Source of the DNA: Desulfobacterales bacterium | GTDB lineage: Bacteria > Desulfobacterota > Desulfobacteria > Desulfobacterales > UBA2245 | Direction of reading: 5' to 3' | DNA length: 64,000 bases | Assembly: GCA_040771865.1 (NCBI GenBank) | Contig: JAXGZF010000003.1 | Span: forward strand, 372,001 to 436,000 | In this document: piece after piece, positions 1 to 8,859 of the stretch | Numbering within the stretch: the first letter of the stretch is position 1 | Layout: every line of letters begins with the position of its first letter | The notes under the pieces: model-generated | Told to the model about the DNA's origin: nothing | Seen by the model: the letters and a program-made list of their open reading frames with translations, nothing else | Database searches by the model: none | Program-made: the position numbers and the translations under genes

Positions 1-135
1 GGGCCGGCTGGAAGGCAGGATTTGCGCAGGAAATACGATCCGGGTGCTTGCATCGGGAATCTGCTCGGGTCAAATCATCTGCCGGAACCTGACGGTGGAG
101 GCCGGCGGCGTGATCAATGCCGAGATTGTCTGCAC

Positions 136-921
136 TCAGACGTCCGAAGTATCCGCATCCGCCATCTTGAAAATTCCGCAGACCGGATAGTGGTCCGACA
201 GGAAAATCCCGCGAACCGGTTCCTGAATCACCCGGCTCTCAACGGGAATCAGGCTTCCGCGGTGCAGAATCCAGTCGATATGCGGGCCTTCCTTTTTCCC
301 GGTAAAACCATGATGGGTCGCCGGATAAGGAGGCTTGAAGGCAAGCCGGAAACAGGGGCCATGAACCGGTTTTTCCGCAAGCTGGCCGGTCAAAGCAAGG
401 CCGCAGGTACTTTCCGGCAAGGCGTTGAAATCGCCGACCAGAATCGCCGGCATTGTTTCGGAAATGCCGGCGATGCGCTTCAGGATCAGCCTGGCGCTTT
501 GCACCTGGACTTCGGCATCAAAATCCAGATGGGTGGTGCCGAAAATCAGGGCGTGGCCCTTTTTTTGAAACACGCCGATGATGCATTGCCTGGCCCAGAG
601 ACTTTTCGCCCACCGGCTGGGAACCGAGGGCGTCGGGCTCAGGTAAAAATGATCCCGCAGAATGCAGTCCCAGTCTTTTCGGTAAAAGATCAGGTTGTCC
701 TGCCAGAAAGGCGGCGCCGGACTGCGCTGTCCGATGCAGTGATAATCCTTGAGCAGATCTTTTAAGAACTCCGCCTGGAAATCATTGGCTTCCTGAAAGG
801 CGATCAAATCCGCGTCATGGGTTTCAAAAAATTCGGGAAATACCTGCTTGCGGCAATTCCAGCTGTTGGGGCCGTCATCGGCCAGTCCGAATCGAAGATT
901 CAATGTGAGCACGCGGATCAT
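136..921 (-). CDS. Endonuclease/exonuclease/phosphatase (EEP) family protein
   Basis: N-terminal VLTLNLR, DLIAFQE, THLD, LVGDFN, IDWI and C-terminal SDHYPV motifs of the EEP fold. Confidence 0.9.
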   Translation of the reverse strand: MIRVLTLNLRFGLADDGPNSWNCRKQVFPEFFETHDADLIAFQEANDFQAEFLKDLLKDYHCIGQRSPAPPFWQDNLIFYRKDWDCILRDHFYLSPTPSVPSRWAKSLWARQCIIGVFQKKGHALIFGTTHLDFDAEVQVQSARLILKRIAGISETMPAILVGDFNALPESTCGLALTGQLAEKPVHGPCFRLAFKPPYPATHHGFTGKKEGPHIDWILHRGSLIPVESRVIQEPVRGIFLSDHYPVCGIFKMADADTSDV

Positions 922-948
922 GGAGAATATTCTTTCTGCTTAAGCGGA

Positions 949-1593
949 TTATTGCCGGTGATCGGAAACGGGTCCTTCAAGCGTTTCGGCGTCTGCTTCA
1001 AACCGGTGCATGACCCGGGCGATGTCGAGGCTTGCTCCCTTGAAATTCTCAAAGGTCAGGTCGGTAAACGGCAGTTCGAATTCTTTTCGAATCACTTCAA
1101 AGATGGCCAGATAATTGGCGGTGATGCGCTTTTTCCATAACAGGCCCAGGCGGCCGGCCATATCCTTGATGGCGTTTTTTTCACCCTCGATTTCCAGAAA
1201 ATTCCCAAAAGGCATGACATCCAGGCACAGGGTGCTTGTCTGAAACACAAAGGTTTCACGCCATTTTTCATAGACCTGTTCGGCATGGTATCCGAGCGCC
1301 TCGAGGATACGGCGCATGGTTGAAAAATCGCTGACCTCGACTTCCAGTTCTGTCAGGGTCTTGAATTCAGCGTCCGGGTCGTTTGAAGGGGCCTTGAACG
1401 TCAGACGTGTTCGGGCGTCTTTTCGAAGCCTGAGCAGGGATTGCCGCCGGATTAAATTTTTATCCGCATCTTCGAATCGAAGGTTGGTTTCGAAAATCCG
1501 GCCCGTGGATTCGGCGCTCAGGCGGATAATCATGTTGCGGACCGGCTCAATCTCTGGTAAATAAAATTTCACTTCGGTTTCAATGTGTTTCAT
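949..1593 (-). CDS. CYTH-domain protein (class IV adenylate cyclase-like)
   Basis: ETEVKF N-terminal motif, LRLR, LTFK, YEKWRE, FLEIEG; start placed at MKHIETEVKF rather than the ORF-track start at 1710. Confidence 0.85.
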   Translation of the reverse strand: MKHIETEVKFYLPEIEPVRNMIIRLSAESTGRIFETNLRFEDADKNLIRRQSLLRLRKDARTRLTFKAPSNDPDAEFKTLTELEVEVSDFSTMRRILEALGYHAEQVYEKWRETFVFQTSTLCLDVMPFGNFLEIEGEKNAIKDMAGRLGLLWKKRITANYLAIFEVIRKEFELPFTDLTFENFKGASLDIARVMHRFEADAETLEGPVSDHRQ

Positions 1594-1718
1594 GGAGAGG
1601 GTATCCAATCGTTTGCGGCTCGCACGTTTCTGACTGCCGGTTATATTGGAATCGCGCACGGATGTCAATGCGGCGGCTGTTATCCGGAAAGAGGATGCAT
1701 CGGCGCTCAACGCCCTCC

Positions 1719-1781
1719 CGCGGCGAACGGTTACCTGAAGCCGGCGGAAATTGCATCCGCTTCAGGTAACCGTTTGCCGCG
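1719..1781. repeat. Long intergenic inverted repeat (about 23-bp arms)
   Basis: cgcggcgaacggttacctgaagc ... gcttcaggtaaccgtttgccgcg between the divergent CYTH gene and rplM. Confidence 0.8.
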
Positions 1782-1811
1782 CCTTCTTTCGAATGATAAG
1801 CGAAATTACCC

Positions 1812-1849
1812 TTGACATGTTGACAAATTTTAATTAAAAGTGCCAAATT
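1812..1849 (+). promoter_or_regulatory. Probable sigma70 promoter(s) of rplM-rpsI
   Basis: Two TTGACA hexamers (1812, 1820); TAAAAG lies 17 bp after the first; AT-rich context. Confidence 0.55.
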
Positions 1850-1875
1850 CTTTATGAACAGGAGAACGGAATACG

Positions 1876-2310
1876 GTGAAAAAATATACATACAACGCAA
1901 AAGCGTCGGACAACAAAGACAAATGGTTGCTCGTCGATGCCGAAGGGAAAATCCTGGGCCGTCTGGCCAGCCAGGTTGCGGCTAGACTCAGAGGCAAGTG
2001 CAATCCCCTGTACACGCCCCATGCGGATATGGGAGATTCGGTCGTTGTCATCAATGCCGAGAAGATTGTGATGACCGGGCGAAAACTGGATCAGAAAAAT
2101 TATTACCGTCACAGCGGGTATACGGGTGGTCTTAAAACAATTACGGCCAGGAAACTGCTGGAGAAACGCCCCGAAGATGTGATTCGGTTTGCCGTCAGAG
2201 GAATGCTGCCCAAAAACAGCCTGGGCAGAAAGCTGATTAAAAAGCTGAAGGTCTATGCCGGCGCTTCTCATCCCCACGAGGCCCAGCAGCCCGAGGTTCT
2301 TGCGATTTAA
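1876..2310 (+). CDS. rplM: 50S ribosomal protein L13
   Basis: [47 protein letters not shown] start with AGGAG RBS. Confidence 0.98.
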   Translation: MKKYTYNAKASDNKDKWLLVDAEGKILGRLASQVAARLRGKCNPLYTPHADMGDSVVVINAEKIVMTGRKLDQKNYYRHSGYTGGLKTITARKLLEKRPEDVIRFAVRGMLPKNSLGRKLIKKLKVYAGASHPHEAQQPEVLAI

Positions 2311-2348
2311 TCGTCGTTTGATGAATATTTGATGACTTGGAGTATTCA

Positions 2349-2744
2349 ATGGAGAAAGAACAGGTATTTTACGCTACAGGCAGACGCAAATGCGCTGTCG
2401 CCAGAACCTGGCTCAAACCCGGTACGGGCAGGATCACCATCAATGACGTTCCGATGGAAGACTATATCAAGGTGGAATCCGCCAAGGCGCTTTTGTTTCA
2501 GCCCTTTGACCTGACCCATACCCGGGACAGTTTTGACCTGATGATTCGGGTTATGGGCGGGGGCATTGCCGGTCAGGCCGGCGCCATCCGTCACAGCATC
2601 ACCCGGGCCCTGATGCAGTACAATCCCGATTTCCGGCCGGCGCTTAAAAAGGCCGGTTTTGTCAGGCGCGATCCCCGCAGCAAGGAACGAAAGAAATACG
2701 GCCAGAAAGCCGCGCGCGCAAGGTTCCAGTTCTCCAAGCGTTAA
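2349..2744 (+). CDS. rpsI: 30S ribosomal protein S9
   Basis: YATGRRK, GGGIAGQAGAIR, RDPRSKERKKYG, C-terminal QFSKR; follows rplM. Confidence 0.98.
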   Translation: MEKEQVFYATGRRKCAVARTWLKPGTGRITINDVPMEDYIKVESAKALLFQPFDLTHTRDSFDLMIRVMGGGIAGQAGAIRHSITRALMQYNPDFRPALKKAGFVRRDPRSKERKKYGQKAARARFQFSKR

Positions 2745-2769
2745 CACGGGTTTCTGTTTCAAGTATGGC

Positions 2770-2806
2770 GAAGGGAACGGGAAATGGTCCTGTTCCCTTC
2801 TTTTTT
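2770..2806 (+). terminator. Rho-independent terminator after rpsI
   Basis: gaagggaacggga-aatgg-tcctgttcccttc stem followed by tttttt. Confidence 0.8.
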
Positions 2807-2854
2807 GCTTCACGGCAGGCATGAGGTCAATGCTTTAAAAAACAGTGTGATTTC

Positions 2855-4831
2855 ATGGCGTTGGTGGGTATTGACACCGGCGGAACCTTTACGGACTTCA
2901 TTTTTCAGGAAGGCGGCGGCTGGCGCGTCTTCAAATGCCTGTCCACGCCTTCAAATCCAGCCCTGGCGGTGCTGGAAGGATTAAAAAGCATCGGCGCCGC
3001 CGGCAGGCAGCATGTGGTCCACGGATCGACCGTGGCCACCAATGCGCTTCTGGAACGAAAAGGCGCGCGGACGGCTCTGATCACCAACCAAGGCTTTGAG
3101 GATGTGATCGAGATCGGCCGCCAGAACCGTCATGCGCTCTACGATCTGCGTTATCACCGCAATCCTCCCCTGGTTCCGTCCCGGGAACGCTTCGGACTGA
3201 GGTGCCGGATGGACTGCGCGGGCCGCATTCTTGAGGATCTGGATTTGAATGCGGCTGAAAAGCTGGTTCAGGAGATCGAGAAGGCCGGCATCGAATCGGT
3301 GGCCGTATCCTTTCTGTTTTCATACAAGAACCCCTGCCATGAGCGGATGATGGGCCGAATGCTTAGCAGGCTCGGCATTCCGGTTTCCCTTTCCCACGAG
3401 ATACTTTCCGAGTTCAGGGAATACGAGCGCGCCTCCACGACGGTGATCAATGCCTATGTGGCGACGAAGATTCAGGGATATCTTCAGAGCGTGCTCGATT
3501 TCATGAAAGACGCTCCGCTGCGGATCATGCAGTCCAACGGCGGAAGCATTTCCGCGCGCACGGCGATGCGGGAACCGGTGCGGACCATTTTTTCCGGGCC
3601 TGCGGGAGGCGTGGTCGGCGCTTTTGAGATCGGCCGGGCGGCCGGATTCAAAAGGCTGATCACCTTTGACATGGGGGGAACTTCAACGGATGTGGCCCTG
3701 ATTGACGGCCGGCTTCCGCTGACCCTGGAATCGTCCATTGCCCGGCATCCGGTTCGTGTGCCGATGATCGATATTCATACGGTCGGCGCCGGCGGGGGGT
3801 CCATCGCTCGAATGGATTCCGGAGGCGCCCTGCGGGTGGGGCCTCAGAGCGCCGGAAGCGACCCTGGACCGATCTGTTACGGAAAAGGCGAACAGCTCAC
3901 CGTGACCGATGCCAACCTTTTTCTCGGGCGGCTGATTCCGGACCATTTTCTCGGCGGATCCATGCGGCTGCACCCGGATAAAATTTCGGCCCCGTTCAGG
4001 CAGATGGCCGAAGAGGCGCGTCTGTCGGAAATTCAGGTGGCCGAAGGCATTGTACAGGTGGTCAACGCCGCCATGGAAAGGGCCATTCGAGTGGTTTCGG
4101 TGGAAAAGGGATTTGATCCGGCGGAGTTCACCCTGTTTGCGTTCGGCGGCGCCGGCGGGCTTCATGCCGTGTCTCTGGCAAGGCTGCTCAATATTCCCAG
4201 GGTCCTGGCGCCCGTCAATCCGGGCATTCTGTCGGCCATCGGCATGCTTCTGGCCGATGTGGTCAAGGATTATTCGCTGACCGTGATGACTTCCGGCGGC
4301 TGTGATCCGCAACGCCTCGAGGAGATGTTCGCCCCGCTTGAGACGGAGGCTGTTCGGGACTTGAACGCCGAAGGCATTCCCCTGAATCGAATTTCCCTGA
4401 GGCGGTACCTGGACATGCGGTACGAGGGGCAATCCTATGAGATTCTGGTGCCGGCCCAGGGCGGTGATCCGGTCGCCGCTTTTCATGAACTTCACCGTTG
4501 CGCATACGGGTATTGCAGTTTGCAGAAAAACACCGAGATCGTCAATATCCGCCTGCGGGCCGTGGGTGCTTTGGAAAAGCCGGTGCCGAAGAAAGGCGAA
4601 CTCTCGAACGGACCGCTTTGTGAAGCCTGTTTTCTGGGAAACCGTCCGGTGGTTTTTGACGGCAGGTTCATTTCCACCCCCATTCTTTCCAGGCAGGGGC
4701 TTTGCCCCGGCAATCGCGTACAGGGCCCGGCGGTGCTGGTGGAATACTCTTCCACAATTATCCTGCCGCCGGATTCGGCGGCTCAGGCAGATGCCTTCGG
4801 AAACCTGCTGATCGAAACATGGACCGATTGA
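2855..4831 (+). CDS. Hydantoinase/5-oxoprolinase subunit A (ATP-binding)
   Basis: GIDTGGTFTD, HGSTVATNALLE, SGPAGG, DMGGTSTD, GAGGGSI motifs. Confidence 0.92.
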   Translation: MALVGIDTGGTFTDFIFQEGGGWRVFKCLSTPSNPALAVLEGLKSIGAAGRQHVVHGSTVATNALLERKGARTALITNQGFEDVIEIGRQNRHALYDLRYHRNPPLVPSRERFGLRCRMDCAGRILEDLDLNAAEKLVQEIEKAGIESVAVSFLFSYKNPCHERMMGRMLSRLGIPVSLSHEILSEFREYERASTTVINAYVATKIQGYLQSVLDFMKDAPLRIMQSNGGSISARTAMREPVRTIFSGPAGGVVGAFEIGRAAGFKRLITFDMGGTSTDVALIDGRLPLTLESSIARHPVRVPMIDIHTVGAGGGSIARMDSGGALRVGPQSAGSDPGPICYGKGEQLTVTDANLFLGRLIPDHFLGGSMRLHPDKISAPFRQMAEEARLSEIQVAEGIVQVVNAAMERAIRVVSVEKGFDPAEFTLFAFGGAGGLHAVSLARLLNIPRVLAPVNPGILSAIGMLLADVVKDYSLTVMTSGGCDPQRLEEMFAPLETEAVRDLNAEGIPLNRISLRRYLDMRYEGQSYEILVPAQGGDPVAAFHELHRCAYGYCSLQKNTEIVNIRLRAVGALEKPVPKKGELSNGPLCEACFLGNRPVVFDGRFISTPILSRQGLCPGNRVQGPAVLVEYSSTIILPPDSAAQADAFGNLLIETWTD

Positions 4832-4846
4832 GGAAGGCGGCAGATC

Positions 4847-6418
4847 ATGGATATCAATCCCGTACTGCTGGAAATTTTTAAAAACCGGTTTTCCGCCATT
4901 GCCGAGGAAATGGGAGTAGTCCTGAACCGGACGGCGTTTTCTCCCAACATCAAGGAAAGAAGAGACTATTCCTGCGCGATCTTCGACGCAAAGGGCCATA
5001 TGATCGCTCAGGCGGCTCATATTCCGGTTCATCTGGGCTCCATGCCCATGTCCGTGCGCGCCGCCATGGAAATGCCCTTTTCCGAGGGCGACATGATCGT
5101 GCTTAATGATCCTTTCAGGGGCGGCACCCATCTTCCCGACATTACCCTGGTGGCGCCGGTTTTTCTGGATGACGAAAAACCGGCCTTTTATGCGGCCAAT
5201 CGCGCGCATCATGCCGACGTGGGCGGCATGAGCGCCGGTTCCATGCCCCTTTCGTCCTCGATTTTTCAGGAAGGGCTGATCATTCCGCCCCTGAAAATCG
5301 TTTCCGGCGGCAGGATCGATGCGGGGCTGATGAAATTTTTTCTCGGCAATGTGCGCACGCCCGTCGAGCGGGAAGGGGATTTTTCGGCCCAGATGATGGC
5401 CAATCTGACCGGAATCCGTCGATTCCGGGACCTGGTGCAAAGATACGGTTTTGAAACCGTCCGTCAATATGCTCAGGCCCTGCAGGATTATTCCGAAAAA
5501 ATGATGCGGCAGGCCATTGAAAGCATTCCCGACGGCACGTACCGGTTTTCCGATTGCATGGAAGACGATGGATTCGACGCCGAGGATGTCTGCATTCAGG
5601 CGACGATTCAGATCGAAAAGGACCGGGCGGTCGTGGATTTCGCCGGATCCGCCGCTCAGGTTTCGGGCTGCATCAACGCCGTATCGTCGATTACGCTTTC
5701 GGCGGTTCTTTACGTATTCCGGTCCCTTATGCCCGAAGGCGTCCCAACCAATGCCGGATGCTTTCGTCCCATTGAAATTCGAACCGAGCCCGGAACCGTT
5801 GTCGACGCGCTGTTTCCGGCCGCCGTTGCCGGCGGAAACGTGGAAACGTCTCAGCGGATCGTGGATGTGGTTCTGGGCGCCCTGGCCCGGGTCCTGCCCG
5901 GACAAATTCCGGCCGCATCTCAGGGAACGATGAACAACATCGCCATCGGCGGCGTGGACCCTCGAAGCGGCCGTCCCTTTGCCTATTACGAAACCATCGG
6001 CGGCGGCATGGGCGCCGGCGCATCTTTTCACGGAGCATCCGCCGTTCACTCCCACATGACCAACACGCTCAACACCCCGGTTGAGGCCCTGGAATACAGC
6101 TACCCCTTTCGAGTGACGCGGTACGCCGTTCGAAAGGGTTCCGGCGGCAAAGGCCTGTTTTGCGGAGGGGACGGCATCATTCGTGAAATCCGGCTCGATT
6201 GCGATGCCGAGGTGACGGTATTGTCTGAAAGGCGGAAAAGAGGACCTTACGGTCTTTACGGCGCGGAGGCGGGAAAACCCGGCAGGAATACGATTATCCG
6301 GCGCGGCCGAATCGATGTCCGGCCCTCCAAGTTTCACGAACGCCTGCGGGCAGGCGATTTGATTCACATCGAAACGCCCGGCGGCGGCGGATACGGCAGG
6401 GCGACTTCAGATGTTTAG
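4847..6418 (+). CDS. Hydantoinase B/5-oxoprolinase subunit B
   Basis: RTAFSPNIKERRDYSCA, HIPVHLGSM, NDPFRGGTHLPD, HHADVGG, ETPGGGGYG. Confidence 0.92.
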   Translation: MDINPVLLEIFKNRFSAIAEEMGVVLNRTAFSPNIKERRDYSCAIFDAKGHMIAQAAHIPVHLGSMPMSVRAAMEMPFSEGDMIVLNDPFRGGTHLPDITLVAPVFLDDEKPAFYAANRAHHADVGGMSAGSMPLSSSIFQEGLIIPPLKIVSGGRIDAGLMKFFLGNVRTPVEREGDFSAQMMANLTGIRRFRDLVQRYGFETVRQYAQALQDYSEKMMRQAIESIPDGTYRFSDCMEDDGFDAEDVCIQATIQIEKDRAVVDFAGSAAQVSGCINAVSSITLSAVLYVFRSLMPEGVPTNAGCFRPIEIRTEPGTVVDALFPAAVAGGNVETSQRIVDVVLGALARVLPGQIPAASQGTMNNIAIGGVDPRSGRPFAYYETIGGGMGAGASFHGASAVHSHMTNTLNTPVEALEYSYPFRVTRYAVRKGSGGKGLFCGGDGIIREIRLDCDAEVTVLSERRKRGPYGLYGAEAGKPGRNTIIRRGRIDVRPSKFHERLRAGDLIHIETPGGGGYGRATSDV

Positions 6419-7012
6419 CAGGCTGAACCGGTCGAGCTTCTCTTGAACCTGCTGGGCCTCCTTCCGAAGCAGAGCCATGGATTGTTTCAGGTCTCCTTCC
6501 GCGTCCATTCCGGATGCCTGCTGCACGGTATTTTCAAGCACGGTCATCAGGTTTTCATGGCAGGTTTTGGTTTCAAAAATCATCGACGAGATCGAATCGA
6601 CCATGGCATTGATTTTTTCTGCCTCGGGTTTGAGATAATCCGCTTTTCTCAACGAAACCTTTCGCGTCAGATCGCCCTTCGCCATGCGTTCAAAGGTATG
6701 TTCGAAATTGACCATGGGGCCGCAGATCCGATGCGTGGCGATGATGATATGAATGACGATCATGATAACCACACAGACGAAGGTCGGAGCCAGCCGCGAG
6801 GTCAGGACGAGAAAGGCCTGGGCCGACTGGTACTGAACTCCGGGATCTTCGGATAGATACATATCCTGCAGCAGGGGCCCCATCGCAATAACTCCGGTGA
6901 TCACCAGGATCAGCAGGGCGTAAATCACATTCAGGGCGGCCACCCGGAACTGTATATCCTTATTGACTATAAAATTCAAAAGCTTGCGATTTTTTTTTCC
7001 ATTCATGGCCAC
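6407..7012 (-). CDS. Membrane protein with two TM helices and a HAMP-like domain
   Basis: Two hydrophobic segments, then THRICGPM...MAKGDLT...LRKAD HAMP-like pattern. Confidence 0.7.
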   Translation of the reverse strand: MAMNGKKNRKLLNFIVNKDIQFRVAALNVIYALLILVITGVIAMGPLLQDMYLSEDPGVQYQSAQAFLVLTSRLAPTFVCVVIMIVIHIIIATHRICGPMVNFEHTFERMAKGDLTRKVSLRKADYLKPEAEKINAMVDSISSMIFETKTCHENLMTVLENTVQQASGMDAEGDLKQSMALLRKEAQQVQEKLDRFSLLNI

Positions 7013-7024
7013 TCACTTTAAGGG

Positions 7025-7471
7025 TTAGGGTTTGGTGGTTTCTTCAAACAGGCCTGTATTGAAACGATAGATGTACAGCTTGTCGGTCCTTTCGTGCCAT
7101 CCCTGAGCGATGAAATCGGCCTGGGATTCAGGATTTCCCGCCGTTGCAAGCGTGACGCCGGGGCTGAGTTTCATTCCCGGAAAATCGGAAAGGCCTGTAT
7201 AGGGCTTATACCGGTCGTGTTTCGCAAAATAAGCTTCTTCATATGTGATCAGGTTGCGAAGGTCGTATTTGGCCGATATTTCGTAAGCGTGATTCTTGGC
7301 GTGAAGATAAGTCGAAATCGCCAGGATCGACAGAATCATGATAATGCCGACAACGGTGATCATTTCAATCAGCGTAAATGCCATGGAACTGTCGGTATTC
7401 TGGATTTTTCGCAAGGCGGATTGATGGGAAAACGTTTCCGGGCGGCGAAAACGAACTCCTTTTGCATGCAT
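7025..7471 (-). CDS. Type IV pilin-like protein (prepilin N-terminal methylation motif)
   Basis: A|FTLIEMITVVGIIMILSILAI hydrophobic pilin N-terminus; AGGTGA RBS. Confidence 0.8.
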   Translation of the reverse strand: MHAKGVRFRRPETFSHQSALRKIQNTDSSMAFTLIEMITVVGIIMILSILAISTYLHAKNHAYEISAKYDLRNLITYEEAYFAKHDRYKPYTGLSDFPGMKLSPGVTLATAGNPESQADFIAQGWHERTDKLYIYRFNTGLFEETTKP

Positions 7472-7809
7472 GCTTCACCTCGAATGGCAGGTCCCTGTCC
7501 GTTGATCCGCCTCGAAACGGCGCTGCGTCAATGAACCTCAGATCTTTTGTTTGAAAACACTTCCTGATTTCGGCAAAAAGAAGTAAATTACTGTCTGTTC
7601 ACAGATTATCGGATATTCATTTTTTTGCGTTAGCAGCAAGAAAAGAAAATTTCAAATAAAAATTGAGAAGATCCTTTTCCCGTGCGAATGGATGATGCCG
7701 CCTGCTCTGCGCCGGTTAAACGAGTTTGCTTGAAAAACCCCATGTTCTGGTGTATTTCAGCCAGATCAATGCCTGCGCGTTTTCCCTCAGGCCGGTTCGG
7801 GAGCATTCC

Positions 7810-8853
7810 ATGGAACGATTGAACTATTTTATTCGGCGTTTTCTGCTGGTGATTCCAACCTTTGTCGGCATCACGCTGCTTTGCTTCGGCCTGATTCAGT
7901 TTGTGCCCGGGGGCCCCGTGGAACAGATGATCATGCAGATGAAGGGAATCGGAAGCGGGGATGCCGGCCACGGCGCCCAGGTGCGGGCCACGATATCGGA
8001 GGCCCAGCGCGAGGCCCTGGAGAAACATTTCGGATTTGACCGCCCGTTTCATCAGAGATACTGGAAGTGGCTGGTCGCAGACCGGCTGGGCATGCGCATG
8101 GAATCCTACAAATTTCCCAACAAAACCGCCTGGGAACTGATCAGCGGCCGGTTTCAGGTGTCTCTGATATTCGGCATCACCGGTTTTCTGCTGTCCTACC
8201 TGGTCTGCATTCCCCTGGGCATCGCCAAGGCCCTGCGGCACAACCAGCCCTTTGATCTGGCATCGAGCGTTCTGGTGTTCACCGGATACGCCATTCCCGC
8301 CTTTGCCTTCGGCATGGTGCTCAAGATGCTTTTCTGCGGCGCCGTTGAAGGCCTGTGGGATATCTTTCCGCTTTCGGGCTTTTATTCGGAAAATTTTGAC
8401 CAGCTTTCGTTCGCGGGGAAAACCCTGGATATTTTCCGGCACATGTTTCTGCCGGTTCTCTGCTACATGGTCGGCAATTTTGCCGTTCTGACCCTGCTGA
8501 TGAAGAATTCGCTGATGGAGCAGATCGGCAGGGATTACATTCGAACCGTGCTCGCCAAGGGCGGCACCTTTTCCCGGGCTGTCTGGGGGCATGCGCTGCG
8601 CAACGCCCTGGTGCCCATCGCCACCGGGTTCGGATCCATATTGACCGTCATGTTTGCGGGCTCCGTGATCATCGAGCAGGTGTTCGAGATTCCGGGCATG
8701 GGCCGCCTCAGCCTGGAGGCGATCGTCGGCCGGGATTATCCGGTTTTCATGGGGATTCTCTCTCTGACGTCCATACTGGGCCTGCTGGGAAACATCCTGT
8801 CGGATCTTTGCTATGTGCTGATCGATCCGAGAATCAATTTTCAGAAAAATTAG
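7810..8853 (+). CDS. Oligopeptide ABC transporter permease (YejB/OppB-like)
   Basis: YFIRRFLLVIPT, VPGGPVEQ, DYIRTVLAKG EAA-like loop, IEQVF, RDYPV, DPRI. Confidence 0.9.
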   Translation: MERLNYFIRRFLLVIPTFVGITLLCFGLIQFVPGGPVEQMIMQMKGIGSGDAGHGAQVRATISEAQREALEKHFGFDRPFHQRYWKWLVADRLGMRMESYKFPNKTAWELISGRFQVSLIFGITGFLLSYLVCIPLGIAKALRHNQPFDLASSVLVFTGYAIPAFAFGMVLKMLFCGAVEGLWDIFPLSGFYSENFDQLSFAGKTLDIFRHMFLPVLCYMVGNFAVLTLLMKNSLMEQIGRDYIRTVLAKGGTFSRAVWGHALRNALVPIATGFGSILTVMFAGSVIIEQVFEIPGMGRLSLEAIVGRDYPVFMGILSLTSILGLLGNILSDLCYVLIDPRINFQKN

Positions 8854-8859
8854 GCGGTC

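Noticed and set aside
3683..6367. 894-aa minus-strand ORF
   Set aside because: Antisense shadow of the well-supported hydantoinase A/B genes; no recognisable motifs
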